Assembly (NCBI GenBank): GCA_001949185.1
Contig: BDGG01000002.1
Coordinates: 1,633,145-1,697,144, forward strand
Source: Ramazzottius varieornatus
Taxonomy: Eukaryota > Animalia > Tardigrada
Reading direction: 5' to 3'
DNA: 64,000 nucleotides
How positions within the stretch are numbered: position 1 is the stretch's first letter; every line of letters starts with the position of its first letter. This document shows positions 53,130 through 64,000 of this stretch, piece after piece. The translations under genes and the position numbers were made by a program. The notes under the pieces are model-generated. The model did no database searches and was not told the DNA's origin. It was given only the letters and a program-made list of their open reading frames with translations.

Positions 53130-54590
53130 TTAGTATCGTCGGTCCGAAGGTGCCCGTTTCGGAAGCGAGGCAGCGTACCCGTTGACCAGACTGATGAACG
53201 CGTTCAGCGGGGCCAAGTTGCACTGCTCGACGGAGAGGTCGTCGCGATGGATCACCTTCTGCAGGTCGTTCTTGCTCATACAATAGGTTGCCAGGACACG
53301 ATCGATGGTGGCGTCTATCTCGTAGTTCTCCTCAGGGGTTAGCTGGTTGGGATGCACTCGACAGTTGACGAACACACTGACCTTCTCGCAAATGTAAGTT
53401 TCCTCATTGCGAACGTCACACGAGTACTGGATCTCGAAGCCCCGCGGGCCAGGTTTCACGAACATCAGGTAAAATACCTGCTGAACTGTAATCAAAGATT
53501 GTATCAACACATTTTCAATCGCGGCATAATCTTCGAAAGTTCTAAGCTTTGAGAAATTTGCTTGGGTATGTACTGTTTTTGACTATGTCCTCTTTGATAC
53601 CTGGTTGAGCGTTTCCCAGCTCGGGATCGAATGAGTTGTAAAAGTCAACGCCATTGTATCCGCTAATACTGTCGTAGAACTGGTTGTGACAAGTGGCCTT
53701 TTGTCCATGTCCAGATTGATATCCATATCCAGATCCATGTGCGGGTGAAGTGCCATCGTAGCTGGAAGGCAAAAATGAACCGTACACGCACGACGAGAAA
53801 TTATGGGCCAGTAATAATTATGGACCAGGCCTTTTCGCTATGGCGGCACGAAAGCACGTACGTACATGACCGACTCACACTACACACTAATGCACTTTCC
53901 GACACTTTCTACGGTTAAATTCGTATCCCGCCGTCTTGCCCCCCCACCCCCCACTGGACCATAATTTTTACTAGCCGATAATTTCTCATCGTACGTGTAC
54001 TCTTGGGAGAAAGTTATGAAGCGGTAAGTCTGGGTCCAGTGAACTGCGGGAGTGTAGGTTCCTGGAAAGAACACCAGTCCGTCGCAGACCAGTGAATTGA
54101 CAACCTGGGCATTGTAGCTTTGCTCAGGGGAGAATCGGCTTCGGTATTCGAAATATAGCCCTTGTCGCTGAGAAGGAAATATCGAACAAAAAGCAAGTTT
54201 AACATTGATACTCTTTGAGATATTGTATCTGTCAGTACATCCTAAAAGTGAGTCCGGTTAATGGGGAACCTATTAATACTCACCGAAAGTGGGTCCACCT
54301 GCACTGGGTTTTTCAGTATGTTGGGAAAGCAGCCTTCGTTGGGTGTAGGGAAGGTCAGCTTGGTGGTCGCGGGGTTGCAGACGTTCCTGGCTTGAGCTAC
54401 GGGTCCGCTGCTTTGTCCGCGATAACCGGAATCTCGGTACGAGCCGTAACCCTGTCCTGTAAAGCAAGTACACGTGTACACCCATTTCATAGAATACTGT
54501 ACGTCAAGCGACCAGAAACTCAACTTTCACGAACGTTGGAATCTACCACATCACCAGGCATTACAGCGGTAGCGGACTAAACGGCACCAT
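53130..54590 (-). pseudogene. Divergent lipocalin-like secreted protein gene, possibly pseudogene
   Basis: Spliced GCFPNILKNPVQVDPLS|RQGLYFEYRSR (GxWYE-like), YLMFV...IQYSCDVRNEETYICEKVSVFVNCRVHP..L, DRVLATYC. Putative signal-peptide exon has two stops (54561, 54543) and a TTGAGT donor; MITE inside. Confidence 0.6.
53785..53997. mobile_element. 213-bp MITE family A, TA TSD, inside the lipocalin-like gene
   Basis: TA|CACGCACGACGAGAAATTATGGGCCAGTAATAATTATGGACCAG...CTGGACCATAATTTTTACTAGCCGATAATTTCTCATCGTACGTG|TA. Confidence 0.88.
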
Positions 54591-54893
54591 TACCGGCGGC
54601 GGATGGAGCCAGAATTCAAAAAGGTCCGAAACTTGGCCGAATTTTCAAAGTACGGAGTGTGGAGTGCACCAAACGCCTGTCATGACCGCGGCCCGCGCAC
54701 GACTGGCTGATAACTTCGTAGAAAACAAGTCAAATTGCGGACCTTTCCAATACCTCAACCGCCTCTAACCCTTACCGAAACAGCAGCGAAGACCGCCAGC
54801 CAACGCTAAAACGCACAATACGGTGGAGATTGTCATTGAGGTCATCGTTAGCTGAACGGGAGCAGTCCGAGAATCGGAATTCAAGAGCCGCTC

Positions 54894-55227
54894 GAGCAAT
54901 TGAACAGAACACTAACTTCTTGTTTGTTTCTTGGGTGTATTGTGCCTATGAGATATATCGATGCGACGCCTGCAGCCTGGACAGGCTGCAGATGGCTGCA
55001 GTCCTAAGTTAGGGTATGATCGTTCGGATAACAGGTCAGTTTAGTTTTTCTCGAACAGGTTGTGATCGAGCAATTGCGCAGAACGCTGACTTGCTCGCTG
55101 GTTCTTGGGTATACCATGCCTGGGATGTATCGATGCAACGTCTGCAGCCCGGACAGCATGGCGTCCTAGGGTATGATCGTTCGGATATCAGGCCAGTTCA
55201 GTTTTTTTCTCGAATAGGTTGTGATCG
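54894..55227. repeat. Diverged tandem duplication, unit about 165-175 bp
   Basis: Two units each starting GAGCAATTG and ending AGGGTATGATCGTTCGGATA...AGGTTGTGATC. Confidence 0.75.
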
Positions 55228-56750
55228 TTGATAAAGTCCGCCTGTCGTTTTCGGCATAACGGTACAAGGGTAGGGTACCGGTGTTGTATTCAGTCTGGAC
55301 ATAAGTTACGTACTTGACGATCAATCAAGCAACACAAGTTAACTGAAGATTGATATAGAAAACTAATGTAAAAAACTGAGTCGCAAAAGCCAGTTTTAAC
55401 TATTCAGTCTCAGTGGACCAGCTGTGCTTGATTGATTGAAAGGACGGACCTTACGCCCGAGACTGACTACAACACTGTAAGGTACGAGGAGCGAGCGGTA
55501 ACTTTGTCCACTGGCTAAAACTTTGTACGGTACGTCACGAACTAGTCGCGGGCACTTAAGGCTACGACCTATGGGCGACGTAGTGACCACGTTTTAGCCA
55601 GTGGACGAAGTAGCCATTGGTCCAAAGTTGCCAAAAGGTCATTCTGGCTACTTATTGACAGTAGAAGCAGCCAATTGGCTACCAACCAAGTAGCAATTGG
55701 CTCTAGCCAAACTTTGGCTAGTCCAGTCTAATTTTGCCTGCCCTGTCACTTCGAGATATTTGCCTTTTTCCAAGCTGTTAAGAACAGCTTCTTCCGCACG
55801 GTAATCAATACCGCAAACCTTGTGATGTAGTTTCCAGATGCCTTTTTTGTAATAGGTGTTTTGGGTCTACAAACGATTTAACATTTACAATTTCTCTCAA
55901 GATCGAGTTGTTGTGGATTGCTTCGTTGAGTACAGTGTCTCGAAGCAAGCCAACTACGGTATCTATGTGTTGTTATGAAAAATGAACAATTTGAATTCGA
56001 GCAGCGAACAATGTTTTGTGAAAGAAAACGACCGCTGGGACAACTTGGCCGGAACGTACTGTAATAACCAAGTAACCAAGTAGCAAAGCACGCACTGTAA
56101 TACCAGTACACTGTAACAACCAAGTAATAGCCAAGTGATAATCGAGTACTGTAATTGAGTAATTCCGCTAGGCGATTTACTGCGGACTACAAGATACTAT
56201 TGTGATTACCGTCGCAGGTTCGAGTGGTATTTAGTTGATGAGCGTTGGGTTTGTCAACCGTAGCTTTAAGTACAGTAAGAGTTGAAAGCATGTAAATTAA
56301 ATAACTTTAGACATTTAGACTTTAGATAACTTCAGTAATTTTGAGTTCTGGTCGGTTCTTCGGGTTCTGTCCAAGAACGAAGTGCTTGCACTCGGACCAA
56401 ACGATGTGAAATTTTTACCTGTTTCGATCGTGGATAAGAAGATAATTCTGGTTTTTTTCTTAAAGGTTGTAAATGTCGATTGTGATAAAGGCACTCTGTC
56501 CAGCAGTTCATCAGTCCACGAGATTGCGCTACTCAGACTGTCAGACAACAAGACTGCGGTACACCAGATTAGTTTTCGCACTGAGCCAAAATTCACAGAA
56601 TAATAACAACCCAGTTTCACCCAATACATGTTCAGTAATCTCAAACGTACCAGTGGCAATTACTGCTAAGAAGGAAAAGCAAGTCGATACTGAGCAAGAC
56701 AGAAAACCGGGGGATTGAGTGTAAAATCGCTTCCACGCCGATTTCCATAT

Positions 56751-58561
56751 TCACCCTAAAATCTCTTTCTTCCGTCTCTTGTACTCTTCGTAACGGATAT
56801 GCCCATACCTGAAACGACGCCACTATAACTATGTCCATCGAAATGGACAAACGAAACCTTACATCAAAAAGTCAAAGTCGATATCCGAGTTTTCCGCTTG
56901 TATGAGAGTCCATACTATCCAGAGAAGGTGAGACAAGAGCGTAAACTTCTGCACCAGCTGGTACAGCTCCTTCACTTCTCCCTTGGTCACTTCGGTTGTG
57001 TCCTGCTTGTGGGCTCGTTTCCAAGCTTGCAGGTAGTCTCTTAACCAGGCTTCCTGATAGCTTTGGCTGGGAAAACGGCTGAAGTCGCAGTCTTCGACGC
57101 CTAAAGTCAGACAACCTTGTTCAACGCACATCCAATATAAACGAGGAAACCAACTCTAGTTCACCTACCGGCGAATTCGTTAAAATGATTGCCAATATCG
57201 TAGGCTTGGTAATTCAGTCCGGCATACTCGAAATCAATAAAGTTGATAACATCTGAAGAAGAAAAAGACCCGTTGAAACTCGTTTGATTTTATTTGATTT
57301 GAGAAAAAAAGAAACCACATAGATTGACAACGTAGTTACCAGTGGCTTTATCGTAAAGGATATTTCCAGGAAGCAAGTCGTTGTGACAGAAGACGATGGG
57401 GGAAGAACAGTTGTCCATCACTGCTTGCATCTCTTTCGTTTCTCGCCGAAGCTCATCCAATCCTCCAGGAAAGTATTCTTGAAACCTGCAAAACGTCTGA
57501 ATACAAGAAAATTCTGGAGACCTAAGATTGAAAATCAGCTCTTACCTCTTTTGTTTGCCGGCGTCATGGAAGGTTGTGGGTGCAACGCTCAAGAACTGCC
57601 AGATTTTGTCGAAGAGCATCAGCTGGTCGTGGTCTCCTGGTGTTCGGTAAATCATGTGCAGCTGCACCATCCTGTCAATTATTAACCTGGAAAAGGAGGA
57701 AGCATGCTTTTCAAGAACAACGAAGGACAGAAGCTAACTGCTAGCCAGAACTCCCCGCGAGACGCTGCTGGCGCTTGACGCCCTGAAGGACGTCAGGACT
57801 CAAGCGCCCATCAGAGAACGGTCATATCTTCAGCCACTCGCGCATGACCTTGCACGCTGACTTCGAGAAAGCCTCAAACTTGTGTGCGAAGCGACCGGGT
57901 ATGGTTATGAAGTATCACTATTCTCGAACCAGACACCTTTTGAATAAACCTACCGACTAATATGGGGATCCCGGACATCCTTACACGTCAGGGTTTCTCC
58001 GCTGATAAACTCATAGGACATGCCGTTATGGAAAACACTATAGACTCGGCCAGCGCAAGAATGGCGGTGGAGCGTCGAAAGCGTCTTTAACTCGGCTTGT
58101 CGATCGATGATTTTATCTGTTTCATGACCGTAAACGCGAAACAGCATTCTTTCTGATTTGTCACCCTTGAAGTGAGCAACGAGGAGAACGTTGGTGATAC
58201 CTCCAGATAATCGCTATGAAGAACACAGAAGAGCTCGGAACATGCGGATGGCAAAGGTCCAACCGTAACAAGCTAGGTCGCGCAGGACGTCATCGACGCT
58301 CAATAACACAGCCGAAACGTTTTGTAACGCCATGCGCTAGCTAAAGCAAAGAAGTGATATGATTACCTTAACAATCAGCTCTTCGCTCTTCAGACGCTGT
58401 TGCCATTCCGGACGCAACTCTGCCAGCAACTGACACACCGAAGTATGTGCGTCATCGAGGTTGAAGACAAACTTGTCCAGATACTTGTGGCCTCCGTGAT
58501 TACTGTTCACATGGGGAATTGCTGGAGTCACTGGAGTATCACTGACTCTGTTGCTGTCCAT
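56751..58561 (-). CDS. ETNK1: Ethanolamine kinase (easily shocked/ETNK), multi-exon
   Basis: LSGGITN, LFRVYGHETDKIIDRQAE, FHNGMSYEFISG, PIVFCHNDLLPGNILYD, FIDFEYAGLNYQAYDIGNHFNEFAG, SHLLWIVWTLIQAENSDIDFDFL, last exon YGHIRYEEYKRRKKEILG*. Confidence 0.95.
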
Positions 58562-58840
58562 GTTGTAAACGCGAAAGATCGTCGGAGGTGAAAACTAAGA
58601 CCTTGCACACAACTCCCTATCGATGCGTGGCATTCTAAACCAGCAAGAACACAGTGCGTCGTTAGACTTCACCAGTCAGCACAGATTGAGAACGGTGATT
58701 GTGCAACGATATCCATCACTGCGTAGACGTTGAACTTCCGTCTTAGAGACGACAGGTTTATGGTTGACCATTCCTCCTGTGATTCACATGAACAATAATT
58801 TCATTCACGTCAAGAAATAACGAGCTTGACTCGTCGAAGC

Positions 58841-59031
58841 AAAACAGTAGGAACTAGGAAGGACGCAGATACTGTATTCCCTCGATAGTCCTGCGAATCA
58901 CGTGACTGTTCCGATAAATATTACTCGGCGGGGAAAAAAAACAGTAGGAACTAGGAAGGACGCAGATACTGTATTCCCTCGATAGTCCTGCGAATCACGT
59001 GACTGTTCCGATAAATATTACTCGGCGGGGA
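58841..59031. repeat. Identical tandem duplication (about 94 bp, period 97) upstream of ETNK
   Basis: AAAACAGTAGGAACTAGGAAGG...TTACTCGGCGGGGA repeated twice; nearby 23-bp duplication CAATCAAGTAGAGTGACGGGCGA at about 59068-59120. Confidence 0.9.
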
Positions 59032-59194
59032 TAGAAAATATTCATACATTCAATCAAAGATTGCTCGCCAATCAAGTAGAGTGACGGGCGACAATCAAGT
59101 AGAGTGACGGGCGACAATCAAATAAGCAGTGAAATCACTGCGGGTGTAATATACTGGCCTGATGACGTACTTCGCAGAACTATCGAGGGACAGT

Positions 59195-59779
59195 GGACTT
59201 GTTTCGCAAGTCATGTTTTCGGCTTGCACAGCGTAAGTATAGGTTTTATGCTGTGCAGTTATCCACGGCTTATGTTTTGCCTAATATCGCTGCACAGAAT
59301 TTGAAATTCTGTGCTAGCTGAGATGATTGTACTATTGAGCACTTTGGTCGAAATTTGAAATTTTGGTGGAGTGGAGCGTGATCAGACCAATCAGCGAATT
59401 GGACTTGGCGCGTCAAGTGATCCGAGCTACACGCCTCTCCCACATTGCGCCACTTGATTTCCGCTCTCGTTCCTTCTCGAAATCCATCATGTTTTCGAAC
59501 GAAACTAGCATTGAAGATAGGTAGAGATAATTGTCTTCCCGAAACTATCGCCAGAAAAAGCGAAAGAAGTCCGGGCTTTATCCGGTAGAGGGCTAAATGA
59601 CAGGCCCCGTGAATTCCGATGCCCTGCTGAACTCGCGCGGCCTAATATCCCTTTATGCTAATATTCTGTGCCGGAAGTGAGCAAACCGCGAAACGGTTTC
59701 TGCACAGAAACTGACACAGTATAAAATCATGAGATTTTAATTCTATTCAGAGCTGAAACGTGACTTGCGAAACAGGTCT
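59195..59779. mobile_element. 585-bp MITE family B, AGT TSD (inverted relative to 12029-12612)
   Basis: AGT|GGACTTGTTTCGCAAGTCATG...CGTGACTTGCGAAACAGGTCT|AGT; interior colinear with the reverse complement of 12029-12612. Confidence 0.88.
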
Positions 59780-61079
59780 AGTAACTGCGATGAACGTTAA
59801 ATAAAACACTAAGAAAAAGTTAAATAATTCTTAAATTTGAAAAACTCTTCTTGTCTTCGTCGGTCACGCGTGACGTAGGCAGTTAATGTTCGCAGGTTGC
59901 AGGTACATTATGCCCGAACGGCTCCCTTACGCATTGCGCTTATCTAGCTACTGTACCGTATGGGTGGGTGGGCCGCTGGGACGGGCTGTAGATTGCAAAC
60001 GTGTTCTTCTGGGCGAGGCCGCGAGGTACCGCAGGCTGACCAGATCTTGGGCAAAGGGGGCGGTGAGACGTTTGGGCCTTTCGCAGCTTTACGCGGGGTG
60101 AAAGCGCGAAACCCGACTTCATACCTATACAGTGCAGGAAGTTTTGGAAACGCCAGAAGCTGGGGCACCGGTTATCATTAACCTCCTCCAGGGTTTCCCG
60201 GTGCCGCCCGTTTGGGCAAGACGGAGAAGCGTCTTCAGCAATGCATCAGTCCAGGAAGACATCTTGTCGTGCCACCGCAAATGCGTGAGTAGCATGACAC
60301 ACGGCCAAGTGAGCCTTGTACAGCCCGTCCATCGGGTTCCGTCGGGTTCGCCGCGTGTGTCCACGCGTCGTCCAAGAGCATATTCTTCGAGGCCGCAAGG
60401 CCAAGGTTCGCTTGTATGGTGGAAAAGTGCCAAGGAGGTCTCAGTAGGACGCGTCCCTTTGTGATATCAAGGCTGAAGTTGATTCGCACTCTATGCATTT
60501 TTCGCTCCACCAGTTGGCTGCGAGCCTGCGACAGTACGACTTTCAACGGTGGAAATGATCACAACTATTTGTTTCGAGTAGCGGAATCATCAAGTTTCCA
60601 ACAGATCATTGTAAAAACAGAATCAAAAAATGTGTGCAAATCAAAACACAGGCCGGCTGCCGGCATAAAATGTATGAAAAGGTGACGGCACGGAAACAAA
60701 CCAAGCATGACGGACGTCACATAGTGCTTAAAATTAATTCTTTCCCAGGAAGACCCGTCGTGTTTGATTTCCATTAATCACTGCTATAGTCGCAGAATGT
60801 GTTTTAGGAAGGAAGGAAGGATATAAACTACAAGGCACTAACACAACTCTTCGTGCAATTTCAAGCGAACCCAGAAGGATGAAAAGCCTTTCGTTGATAT
60901 TTTCCTTCGTCGCCAAAATCGTTTCCCGTATTGCATTGTATTGGTCTTTTCGGAATATTCTTGAACGCACAAGGCACCTCTGGCTGGAAAGTAGTACAAA
61001 ACTGCGGGCAAAATATTAAAGTATTACGATGGACATAGTGGGTCAATCGAATTGACTGACACAGTCTTGCTGGGTATCT

Positions 61080-61884
61080 TCACAGAAGAACACAGCAGTC
61101 ATTCCAGTCCGTCTTCTCTTCGACCGGTTGAATGCTCATTTCGCGGACAATCTCTGCAAAGAGCTCGTTAACGTTGGTCCTGTTCTTAGCGGAGGCCTCC
61201 ATGAAGGGACAGTCCCATAGCTGCGCCAGGGCTAAGGATTCGCCCGTGGGTACTTCGCGCAAGTGCTCCAAGTCAGCCTTGTTGCCCACCAGCAGCAACG
61301 GCACGCGATCCACACCTTTGACCCGCATGATCTGCTCCTTCATGATCTTGATGTCTTGGAAGGTCTGGCGATTAGTCACACTATACACCACCACAAAACC
61401 TGCGAGAGATCAGCTGTACTGGATTAACAAACAAAAGCTTCTATTTTCGTACCTTGGCCATTCTTGATGTAAAGATCCCGCATGCTAGCAAACTGCTCGG
61501 TTCCGGCGGTATCCAGGATTTCTAATATGCATCGAGTTTGGTCCACTTCAATCTCTTTCCGATAGAAATCTGCAAAATTCAGTGAATCGGGAATCTACAT
61601 AGAAGAAACACAGCAAATTCAGCGGAAAAAACTTCTTCCGAATAAAGTCGCGCATTACGCCATCGAATACAGCCATACCGCACATTTAACAATGGGATTT
61701 CCAACTGACATTCATGACGTAGTGGGCAAGTTGACAAAATTCGCCCAGCAGTGTGAAATTACGAGTTCTTACCTTCGATTGTAGGGTCGTATTTCTCGCA
61801 AAAGTGTCCTGACACAAACTGGACGGTTAAAGCTGACTTTCCCACTCCTCCGCTTCCCAGAACCACCACTTTGAATTCCCGCAT
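61080..61884 (-). CDS. RAP2: Ras-related small GTPase Rap2; 3 coding exons
   Basis: [31 protein letters not shown]|[43 protein letters not shown]-terminal CCVLL. Confidence 0.95.
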
Positions 61885-62430
61885 CTTTTCTTGATAGTTG
61901 ATCCTTCTTCTGACTCTTTGAACAGTATGATACAGTCTAGTCCAGACGATGGCTCGAGGCGTCGAATAAGTGCCAGACCACAAGCCAGCCTTTTGACGTA
62001 ACAGTGGTTAAAGGGTTCAACTGATCACTATGTCAGGTTTGCCGATGATGGGGAAAGAACATTAATGGAGAGACTAGCATTGCCATCAGAGATGCTGGCG
62101 CGTGGGTAGCTTCCAATCAAAAGACTTGTTCCAGACGAACGTGTGATGGGGTTTGATGGAACAACGATTCTTTCTTCTCTGCAAGCGTACCAAGAGTTAA
62201 GTGTTACAGAAGTGGAGTCACTGGATGAGATCATGAAACCACAAAGAGTTGTTTAAACTGTAACAACATGCTTCCAAAGTTTTAATGACTAATCAAGCGC
62301 ATGTAGTTTGCTGATAAGAACTCTCTCAAGTCCAAATCTAAATGCAAACAAATCAACAAGTCACTTGTACAGCCGCTCTTGGCCCTTGGGGCTATGAATT
62401 AACACTCAGGTCGACCGACTCCACCGTCCA

Positions 62431-62838
62431 TAGGGTTGTTAATGGATGGTTAAACGGTTAAATGGATGGGTCAGCGAATGGATGGGGTTTCTATCCGGAT
62501 TGAGGCCGGTTGGATGGAACATCCATCCGGATGGATGCTAGATGGATGGACCCCCAATCCGGATTATCCGGTTGTATCTGGATCAAGGTTTTGGTTGAAA
62601 GATAAAAATTTCGTCGGGAGGGGCGATTGGTTACTAACGGCTCGAAAATTCCGCTCAGATTCAATCGAATCTCTTGGTTTCAGCCGAAAGGTCCATGCGG
62701 CTTTCTGTGCATGGCTGTAACATAAAAGTCCGAATGGATAGAATCTCTATCGGGTTGGCAGCTGGATGGTTAGGTAGCCCATCCAATCCAGATTCTATCC
62801 GGATCCATCTGCTGGTGGATTGGGTTTTAACAACCCGA
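62431..62838. mobile_element. 408-bp hAT MITE with GGAT/ATCC subterminal repeats
   Basis: accgtcca|TAGGGTTGTTAA...TTAACAACCCGA|accgtccg; TIR matches the terminus of the hAT transposase element at 26551-26562. Confidence 0.85.
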
Positions 62839-63539
62839 ACCGTCCGCCCTGGGTAGAGCCACACGGGTCACAATAGTCAGCTGTAAATCAGGTCATCAGT
62901 GTCGCTCCAATAAGACTTTTTCGATTCTAATTGCAATTACGATTTATCGGAATACTTCGAGCGGCAGCAATTTCAATCATCTGAGACTTAGCTCAGCTGA
63001 ATTAGCAATTACAATTAATCAGAATTCAGCTCATATCACCCATTGAAATTATTTCAATTGTTGTGGTTCATTTTTGAGATTTATATTGTTGTGGTTCATA
63101 CTCCCGAATTATCGTGTTCTGAAGCGACTTAGAGCCTTGGGCTTATCGTTCCATAAGCATGAAATGAATGTTGGATGTTTAGCTCAAAACATGTTGTTCT
63201 TAAGGCATTGAACACGGATGCGCTGATGGAAGCAGGTAATATAGAGATTAAGTTGCCACTCCCGTTCACTTTGCAACTGTAGCCACGGCCTTGCTCCGTC
63301 CCTATCCTGACGTGTAACTACATTTTGCTTTCCGGAGCTCCCCTAATTTTCGGAAAATAACGTAGCCGGAGTTACGGACAGGCAGCATTGGGAAGCATGG
63401 TGACTGCCCAACTATTCAAAGTTCTGACCAGCTGCTGCGCTTATGAATGACGTTGCAACTCATCTTAGCCACAGTGGGACTTTCATCTGGCGGTGGCAAC
63501 TTACCTAATGTCTATTGTAATGCTTCCTGAGGCATTGCG

Positions 63540-63720
63540 CGGCTAGCGCTGGCAAAAATACGATAAAGTTCGATAGGATGATTATTCAACACGATATCGG
63601 CGGATATTTTATTGCAGTCTTTGATATTCATTCGATATCGATATTACGATAGGATATTTTTCTGATACCGTATTTTCGATATATCGTATCACATCGCAGC
63701 GATATATCGATATTTCTGGA
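63540..63720. repeat. CGATAT/ATATCG-rich array, likely a subterminal region of a TIR element
   Basis: More than ten dispersed GATAT/ATATC units following TAGCGCTGG. Confidence 0.45.
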
Positions 63721-64000
63721 ATTTTAGTTTTTCAGAATTTCACTGGTTCAAGCCCAAAACCTCAAAAAGCCGATTCCCACATGAAGTATTAGTAAGAACG
63801 AAAGCGTGGGATGCAGCAAAGACATGACTATATCAAGACTTCAAACACATGGAAATCTGGACGGAATTCGTACCAGAACCGAATGGTCGGAGTATGCTCG
63901 GTACACCATGGGCAAAATCAAGTCTTTGAAATCAACCATGGTCTTCCGTAAACGATTTATCGCTGGAGAGTTTGCCATTCAGCAAAATACCAATATATTG

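Noticed and set aside
59886-60560. GC-rich overlapping ORFs including RPPWHFSTIQANLGLAASK, reminiscent of I/Jockey LINE sequence before RNase H
   Set aside because: A single weak motif with no RT or RNase H catalytic motifs; not enough to call.

Overview
Compact, intron-rich animal genomic DNA with short GT-AG introns (about 50-300 nt) and one 50-N gap. The intron size and the lineage-expanded families (truncated ANP-receptor-like gene, orphan GPCR, divergent lipocalin-like gene, Tyr-rich secreted proteins) are most consistent with a tardigrade such as Ramazzottius or Hypsibius; this assignment is inference. Conserved spliced genes: RING1/Sce (-), SUV3 helicase (+), a COX7B/prag01-like mitochondrial protein (-), a small heat-shock protein (+), CtBP (+), PUS1 (-), ethanolamine kinase (-) and Rap2 (-). 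Accessory content: a C2H2 + transposase-like + BEN-domain gene, two tandem paralogous secreted-protein genes (one decayed), a cyclase-less natriuretic-peptide-receptor-like gene, a GPCR pseudogene, a lipocalin-like gene or pseudogene, a decayed hAT transposase, a Harbinger deletion derivative and many MITEs, most with identifiable TSDs. Highlights: (1) a probable domesticated transposon-derived BEN/zinc-finger regulator; (2) a MITE whose insertion may have created a spliceable intron; (3) a nested MITE stack whose empty site can be seen elsewhere in the window; (4) an unidentified decayed coding relic of about 5.5 kb; (5) two over-represented non-coding motifs. All protein assignments are by eye, without database searches.
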